This document shows positions 56,760 through 64,000 of a stretch of 64,000 nucleotides of DNA, in pieces. Origin of the DNA: the human T2T-CHM13v2.0 reference genome, Homo sapiens. The notes under the pieces are model-generated. The model did no database searches, was not told where the DNA came from, and was given only the letters and a program-made list of their open reading frames with translations. A program made the translations under genes and the position numbers. The stretch spans positions 29,248,001 to 29,312,000 of the forward strand of contig CP086569.2 of NCBI GenBank assembly GCA_009914755.4, in the 5' to 3' direction. Each line of letters starts with the position of its first letter. Position 1 is the first letter of the stretch.

Positions 56760-59700
56760 TAATGAAACGGAAAGGAATGGAGTGGAATGGAATGGAATGG
56801 AATGGGCTGGAATGGAAAGGAATCGAAACGAATGGAATGGAATCGAACTGAAGAGACTGGAATGGAATACACTGGAATGGAAGGGAGTGTAATGGAAGGT
56901 TCTCGAAAAAAATGGAATCGAATGGAATGGAATTGAATGGAACGGAATAGAGTCGAATGGAATTGAATGGAATGGAATGGACTAGAGTGAAATGGAATCG
57001 AACCACAAGGAATGGACAGGAATAGAATGGTCTCGAATTGAATGGAATCATATGGAATGGCATCAAACGGAATGGAATGGACAGCCACGGAATGGAATGC
57101 ACTCGAATGCAATGGAGTCGAAACTAATGGACTGGAATAGAATGGACTCGACTGGTACGGACTCCAATGGAATGGAATCGAATGGAAGGGAATCGAACGG
57201 AATGGACTCGAAGGGAAAAGACTGCAATGGAAAGGTCTCGAATGGAATGGAAATTAATGGAATGGAATGGAATCGAATGAAATGGAGTCAAAAGGAATGG
57301 AATCGAATGGCAAGAAATCGAATGTAATGGAATCGCAAGGAATTGATGTGAACGGAACGGAATGGAATGGAATCCAAAGGAATGGAATAGAATGGAATGG
57401 AATCGAATGGAAAGGACTCGAATGGAAATCACTCGAATAGAATGCAATTTAATAAAATAGGATCAAATGTAATGGAATGGAATGGAAAGGAATCGAAACG
57501 AAAGGAATGGAGACAGATGGAATGGAATGGAACAGAGAGCAATGGTATAGAATGGAATGGAATCATCTGGAATGGAATTGAATGGAATGGAATACTATGA
57601 AATGGAATGGAATGGAATGGAATGCCCTTGAATTAAATGGACTGGAATGGAATGGACTCGAACAGAGTGGAATGGAAAGTGTTGAGATAGAATGGAATGG
57701 ACTCCTTTGGAATGGTCTAGTATGCAATGCAATCGACTGGCAGGGAATCAAAAGGAATGTAATCGAATGGATTGGACTGTAATGCAATGGACTCGAATAG
57801 ATTGGAAACGGAATGCAAAGGAATGGAATGGAATAGTATGGAATGGAATGGAAAGGAATGGAGTGGAATAGACTAGAGTGGAATGGAATGGACTGGAAAG
57901 CAATGGACTGGAATGGAACATTCTTGAATGGACTGGAATCAAACGGAATGGAATGCAATGCAATCAAATGGCATGGAATAAAATAGAATGAAAGAGAATC
58001 AAATGGAATTGAATCGAATGGAATCGAATGGATTGGAAAGGAATAGAATGGAATGGAATGGAATTGACTCAAATGGAATGGACTAGAATGGAATGGATTC
58101 GAATGGAAGGCAAAGGAATGGAATCTATTGGAATGGACTGTAATGGAATGGAATGGAAGGGATTGGAATGGACTCGAATGGAATGGACTGCAATAGAAAG
58201 GATTCGAATGGAATGAAAAAGAATTGAATGGAATAGAACAGAATGGAATCAAATCGAATGAAATGGAATGGAATAGAAAGGAATGGAATGAAATGGAATG
58301 GAAAGGATTCGAATGGAATGCAATCGAATGGAATGGAATCGAACGGAATGGAATAAAATGGAAGAAAACTGGCAAGAAATGGAATCGAAATGAATGGAGT
58401 GTTATGGAACGGACTCAAAAGGAATTGAATGTAATAGAATGGAGTGGAGTGGACTCGAATATAATGGACTGGAATGGAATGAAATCACATGGAATGGGAA
58501 CGAATGGAATGGAATGGAAAGGAATGGAATCGAATGGAAAGGAATCGAATGGAAGGGAATGAAATTGAATCAACAGGAATGGAAGGGAATAGAATAGACG
58601 GTAATGGAATGGACTCGAATAGAATGGACACGAATGCTCAAATTGAATGGACTCGAATGGAATGGAAACGAAAGGAATGTCATCGAATGGAATTGAATCG
58701 ATTGGAATGAAATCGCATAGAATGGAGTGGAATCAAATGGAATTGAATCGAAAGGAAAGGAAGCGAATGGACTGAAATGAAATGGAATGGAATTGAATGG
58801 AAAGTAATGCAATGGAATAGAATGGAACGAAATTTCACGGAATGGAATCAAACTGAATGGAATCAAATCAATGGAATCTAATCAAATGGAATGGAAAGGA
58901 ATTGAATGGAGTAGATTGGATTGGATGGGATTGGAATGAAATGTACTGGAAAGGACTCGAATTTCATGAAACGGAATGGAATGAATTGGAACGGAATGGA
59001 CTCGAATGGAATGGAATGTCATGGAATGGCATCAAATGGAATGGCATCAAATGGAATGGAATCGAATGCAATGGAATGCTATGGAATGGAATGGAATGCA
59101 TTGGAATGGAATGTCCTCTAATGGAATGGATTCGAGTGGAATGGAATCGAATATAATAGAGTCGAATGAAATAGAATTGAAAGGAATGGGATCAAATACA
59201 ATGGAATATACTGTAATGTAACGTAATGAACTCGAATGTAATTGACTGGAATGGAATGTACATGAATGGAATGTAATCGAATGGAAAGTAATCCAATGGA
59301 ATAGAATCTAATGCAATAAAATCGACTCAAATGGAGTAGAATGTAATGGAATGGAGTGCAGTGCAATGGAATGGAATGGAATGGAATGCAATGGAATGGA
59401 ATGGAATGGGATGGAATGGTATGGAATGGATAGTAATGGACTGGAGTGAAATGGACTGGAAAGGAATGGACTCAAATTGAAAGGGCTCGAAAGGAATGGA
59501 GTCAAATGGAATGGTCTGGAATGGAATGAACACGAATGTAATGCAGTCCAATAGAATGGAATCGAATGGCATGGAATATAAAGAAATGGAATCGAAGAGA
59601 ATGGAAACAAATGGAATGGAATTGAATGGAATGGAATTGAATGGAATGGGAACGAATGGAGTGAAATTGTATGCAGTAGAAGAGAATAGAATGGAATGCA

Positions 59701-60298
59701 AGCGAAAGGAAAGGAATGGATTGGAAGGGAATGGAATTCATTGGAATGGAAGGGAATGTAGTGTAATGGACAGGCCTGGAATAAAGTGGAATGCTACGGT
59801 CTCGAATGGAATAAAAATGTATGGAATGGAATGCAATGAAACGGAATCGAATGTCATAGAATGTAATGGAATGCAAAAAAATGGAATCCAAAATCATTGA
59901 CTGGAAAGGCTGGGTGTCGAAAGGAATTGACTCCAATGGAATGGAATCGAATGGAATGGAAGTGAATAGAATCGAACTAAATCGAATGGAATGGAATTGA
60001 TAGGAACGGATTGGAAAGGAATGCAATGATTTGGCATGGAATGGAATCGAATGGCATCGAATGGAATGGAATGGAATGCAATGGAATGGAATGTATTAGA
60101 ATGTAATGAACTTTAATGGAATGTACTCGAATGGATTCGACTGGAATGGAATGTTCTGGAAGTGAATGGACTCCAATGGAATGGATTCAAAAGGAATGGA
60201 ATCGTACGGAATGGAATCTAATGGAATGGAATTAAATGGAAATGAATCAAATTGAATAGCACGGAATTGAATTGAATGGAATCGAATGCAATGGAATC
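56760..60298 (+). repeat. HOR copy 17 (3539 bp)
   Basis: Landmark at 56760 and 60299. Confidence 0.85.
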
Positions 60299-63200
60299 TA
60301 ATGAAACGAAAAGGAAAGGAATGGAATGGAATGGAATGGGCTGGAATGGAAAGGAATCGAAACGAATGGAATGGAATCGAACTGAAGAGACTGGAATGGA
60401 ATGCACTGGAATGGAAGGGAGTGTAATGGAAGGTTCTCGACAAAAATGAAATCGAATGGAATGGAATTGAATGGAACGGAATAGAGTCGAATGGAATTGA
60501 ATGGAATGGAATGGACTAGAGTGAAATGGAATCGAACCACAAGGAATGGACAGGAATAGAATGGTCTCGAATTGAATGGAATCGTATGGAATGGCATCAA
60601 ACGGAATGGAATGGACAGCCACGGAATGGAATGCACTCGAATGCAATGGAGTCGAAACTAATGGACTGGAATAGAATGGACTCGACTGGTACGGACTCCA
60701 ATGGAATGGAATCGAATGGAAGGGAATCGAACGGAATGGACTCGAAGGGAAAAGACTGCAATGGAAAGGTCTCGAATGGAATGGAAATTAATGGAATGGA
60801 ATGGAATCGAATGAAATGGAGTCAAAAGGAATGGAATCGAATGGCAAGAAATCGAATGTAATGGAATCGCAAGGAATTGATGTGAACGGAACGGAATGGA
60901 ATGGAATCCAAAGGAATGGAATAGAATGGAATGGAATCGAATGGAAAGGACTCGAATGGAAATCACTCGAATAGAATGCAATTTAATAAAATAGGATCAA
61001 ATGTAATGGAATGGAAAGGAAAGGAATCGAAACGAAAGGAATGGAGACAGATGGAATGGAATGGAACAGAGAGCAATGGTATAGAATGGAATGGAATCAT
61101 CTGGAATGGAATTGAATGGAATGGAATAATATGAAATGGAATGGAATGGAATGGAATGGAATGCCCTTGAATTAAATGGACTGGAATGGAATGGACTCGA
61201 ACAGAGTGGAATGGAAAGTGTTGAGATAGAATGGAATGGACTCCTTTGGAATGGTCTAGTATGCAATGCAATCGACTGGCAGGGAATCAAAAGGAATGTA
61301 ATCGAATGGAATGGACTGGAATGCAATGGACTCGAATAGATTGGAAACGGAATGCAAAGGAATGGAATGGAATAGTATGGAATGGAATGGAAAGGAATGG
61401 AGTGGAATAGACTAGAGTGGAATGGAATGGACTGGAAAGCAATGGACTGGAATGGAACTTTCTTGAATGGACTGGAATCAAACGGAATGGAATGCAATGC
61501 AATCAAATGGCATGGAATAAAATAGAATGAAAGAGAATCAAATGGAATTGAATCGAATGGAATCGAATGGATTGGAAAGGAATAGAATGGAATGGAATGG
61601 AATTGACTCAAATGGAATGGACTAGAATGGAATGGATTCGAATGGAAGGCAAAGGAATGGAATCTATTGGAATGGACTGGAATGGAAGGGATTGGAATGG
61701 ACTCGAATGGAATGGACTGCAATAGAAAGGATTCGAATGGAATGAAAAAGAATTGAATGGAATAGAACAGAATGGAATCAAATCGAATGAAATGGAATGG
61801 AATAGAAAGGAATGGAATGAAATGGAATGGAAAGGATTCGAATGGAATGCAATCGAATGGAATGGAATCGAACGGAATGGAATAAAATGGAAGAAAACTG
61901 GCAAGAAATGGAATCGAAATGAATGGAGTGTTATGGAACGGACTCAAAAGGAATTGAATGTAATAGAATGGAGTGGAGTGGACTCGAATATAATGGACTG
62001 GAATGGAATGAAATCACATGGAATGGGAACGAATGGAATGGAATGGAAAGGAATGGAATCGAATGGAAAGGAATCGAATGGAAGGGAATGAAATTGAATC
62101 AACAGGAAAGGAAGGGAATAGAATAGACGGTAATGGAATGGACTCGAATAGAATGGACACGAATGCTCAAATTGAATGGACTCGAATGGAATGGAAACGA
62201 AAGGAATGTCATCGAATGGAATTGAATCGATTGGAATGAAATCGCATAGAATGGAGTGGAATCAAATGGAATTGAATCGAAAGGAAAGGAAGCGAATGGA
62301 CTGAAATGAAATGGAATGGAATTGAATGGAAAGTAATGCAATGGAATAGAATGGAACGAAATTTCACGGAATGGAATCAAACTGAATGGAATCAATTCAA
62401 TGGAATATAATCAAATGGAATGGAAAGGAATTGAATGGAGTAGATTGGATTGGATGGGATTGGAAAGAAATGTACTGGAAAGGACTCGAATTTCATGAAA
62501 CGGAATGGAATGAATTGGAACGGAATGGACTCGAATGGAATGGAATGTCATGGAATGGCATCAAATGGAATGGCATCAAATGGAATGGAATCGAATGCAA
62601 TGGAATGCTATGGAATGGAATGGAATGCATTGGAATGGAATGTCCTCTAATGGAATGGATTCGAGTGGAATGGAATCGAATATAATAGAGTCGAATGAAA
62701 TAGAATTGAAAGGAATGGGATCGAATACAATGGAATATACTGGAATGTAACGTAATGAACTCGAATGTAATTGACTGGAATGGAATGTACATGAATGGAA
62801 TGTAATCGAATGGAAAGTAATCCAATGGAATAGAATCTAATGCAATAAAATCGACTCAGATAGAGTAGAATGTAATGGAATGGAGTGCAGTGCAATGGAA
62901 TGGAATGGAATGGAATGCAATGGAATGGAATGGAATGGAATGGAATGGAATGGGATGGAATGGTATGGAATGGATAGTAATGGACTGGAGTGAAATGGAC
63001 TGGAAAGGAATGGACTCAAATTGAAAGGGCTCGAAAGGAATGGAGTCAAATGGAATGGTCTGGAATGGAATGAACACGAATGTAATGCAATCCAATAGAA
63101 TGGAATCGAATGGCATGGAATATAAAGAAATGGAATCGAAGAGAATGGAAACAAATGGAATGGAATTGAATGGAATGGAATTGAATGGAATGGGAACGAA

Positions 63201-63842
63201 TGGAGTGAAATTGTATGCAGTAGAAGAGAATAGAATGGAATGCAAGCGAAAGGAAAGGAATGGATTGGAATGGAATGGAATTCATTGGAATGGAAGGGAA
63301 TGTAGTGTAATGGACAGGCCTGGAATAAAGTGGAATGCTACGGTCTCGAATGGAATAAAAATGTATGGAATGGAATGCAATGAAACGGAATCGAATGTCA
63401 TAGAATGTAATGGAATGCAAAAAAATGGAATCCAAAATCATTGACTGGAAAGGCTGGGTGTCGAAAGGAATTGACTCCAATGGAATGGAATCGAATGGAA
63501 TGGAAGTGAATAGAATCGAACTAAATCGAATGGAATGGAATTGATAGGAACGGATTGGAAAGGAATGCAATGATTTGGCATGGAATGGAATCGAATGGCA
63601 TCGAATGGAATGGAATGGAATGCAATGGAATGGAATGTATTAGAATGTAATGAACTTTAATGGAATGTACTCGAATGGATTCGACTGGAATGGAATGTTC
63701 TGGAAGTGAATGGACTCCAATGGAATGGATTCAAAAGGAATGGAATCGTACGGAATGGAATCTAATGGAATGGAATTAAATGGAAATGAATCAAATTGAA
63801 TAGCACGGAATTGAATTGAATGGAATCGAATGCAATGGAATC
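60299..63842 (+). repeat. HOR copy 18 (3544 bp)
   Basis: Landmark at 60299 (variant 'taatgaaacgaaaagg') and 63843. Confidence 0.85.
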
Positions 63843-64000
63843 TAATGAAACGGAAAGGAAAGGAATGGAATGGAATGGAATGGGCTGGAATGGAAAGGAA
63901 TCGAAACGAATGGAATGGAATCGAACTGAAGAGACTGGAATGGAATGCACTGGAATGGAAGGGAGTGTAATGGAAGGTTCTCGACAAAAATGAAATCGAA
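63843..64000 (+). repeat. Partial HOR copy 19 (the first 158 bp only; the window ends here)
   Basis: Landmark at 63843. The sequence matches the start of the other copies, including the 'ctcgacaaaaatgaaatcg' variant shared with copy 18. Confidence 0.8.

Larger units (their letters stand above)
1..64000 (+). repeat. DYZ1: HSat3 (GGAAT)n satellite array with ~3.55-kb higher-order repeats; most likely the Y-chromosome DYZ1 array (Yq12 heterochromatin) or a close HSat3 relative
   Basis: The whole window consists of GGAAT pentamers and one- or two-base variants. A strict ~3.55-kb periodicity is seen from the landmark motif and from the recurring ORF-track patterns. There is one AGGCCT (HaeIII/StuI) site per period. 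No unique sequence, Alu, L1 or other interruption is visible. Confidence 0.9.

Noticed and set aside
1-64000. Hundreds of ORFs of 60-316 aa on both strands in the supplied six-frame track
   Set aside because: All are translations of the pentamer repeat. The + strand gives W-N-G-M-E/ESNG-type peptides and the - strand gives I-P-F-H-S-type peptides. They recur in register with the 3.55-kb HOR. Their lengths change only when a 5-bp unit is gained or lost (for example 270, 300 and 305 aa). They have no promoters, no codon-usage signal distinct from the repeat, and they overlap one another on both strands. None is a credible CDS.
1-64000. CRISPR array, or another prokaryotic repeat-spacer system
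   Set aside because: The repeats are contiguous 5-bp units organised into a 3.55-kb HOR. There is no repeat-spacer-repeat architecture and no unique spacers. Nothing cas-like lies adjacent. The composition and HOR structure are characteristic of primate satellite DNA.
1-64000. Human satellite II (HSat2) or alpha satellite instead of HSat3
   Set aside because: Alpha satellite is built on an AT-rich 171-bp monomer and is not pentameric. HSat2 is a more degenerate (CATTCGATTCCATTC-type) 23-26 bp repeat, with arrays such as 1q12 in about 1.35-1.8 kb units. Here long, nearly perfect GGAAT runs and a 3.55-kb HOR fit HSat3/DYZ1 better.
1-64000. Telomeric (TTAGGG)n, Alu, L1 or other interspersed element embedded in the array
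   Set aside because: Reading through the window I found no TTAGGG/CCCTAA runs and no GC-rich Alu-like or A-rich L1 3'-end segments. The only A-runs are the two A7 tracts per HOR ('ctcgaaaaaaatgg' and 'gcaaaaaaatggaatcc'), which are part of the repeat itself. The short non-pentameric islands (for example 'ggacaggcctggaataaagtggaatgctacggtctcg' and 'cattgactggaaaggctgggtgtcgaaagg') recur once per HOR and are diverged repeat sequence.
1-64000. A large ~17.7-kb (5-HOR) higher-order periodicity suggested by similarity between copies 1-2 and 6-7
   Set aside because: The sharing is patchy. Copy 1 resembles copy 7 at some sites, and copy 2 resembles copy 6 at others. The pattern is not in a consistent register, so I report it only as non-adjacent haplotype sharing and do not call a defined super-repeat.

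Overview
The whole 64-kb window is a single uninterrupted block of human-type pericentromeric/heterochromatic satellite III (HSat3). I see no prokaryotic or gene-bearing DNA and no previously undescribed gene system.

The given (+) strand is the purine-rich strand, built from (GGAAT)n pentamers and diverged derivatives such as CGAAT, GCAAT, GTAAT, GGACT and GAAAT. C is by far the rarest base, and all repeats run in the same orientation.

The pentamers are organised into a higher-order repeat (HOR) of about 3.55 kb, ranging from 3528 to 3588 bp. A landmark motif ('taatgaaacggaaagg') recurs 19 times in register, giving 18 complete HOR copies plus a partial one at the 3' end. Copy-to-copy identity looks roughly 98-99% by eye.

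A 3.5-3.6 kb HSat3 HOR carrying one HaeIII (GGCC) site per unit is the classical description of DYZ1, the male-specific 3.56-kb HaeIII repeat of distal Yq12. I therefore assign the window to DYZ1, or a very close HSat3 relative, with moderate-high confidence.

Every ORF in the supplied six-frame track is a translation artefact of the pentamer repeat: WNGME-type peptides on the + strand and IPFHS-type on the - strand. There are no credible CDS, RNA genes, transposon insertions, CRISPR arrays or regulatory elements in the usual sense.

What the window does show is array-level structure and dynamics. Private variants, including indels in multiples of 5 bp, are shared between specific HOR copies. 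They reveal three things:
- a very recent tandem duplication of one HOR length;
- a stretch where variant haplotypes alternate with a 2-HOR (about 7.1 kb) periodicity;
- haplotype sharing between non-adjacent copies.

One copy has lost the diagnostic HaeIII/StuI site, and two adjacent copies have gained an XhoI site. Perfect (GGAAT)n tracts inside the HOR behave as length-hypervariable microsatellites.
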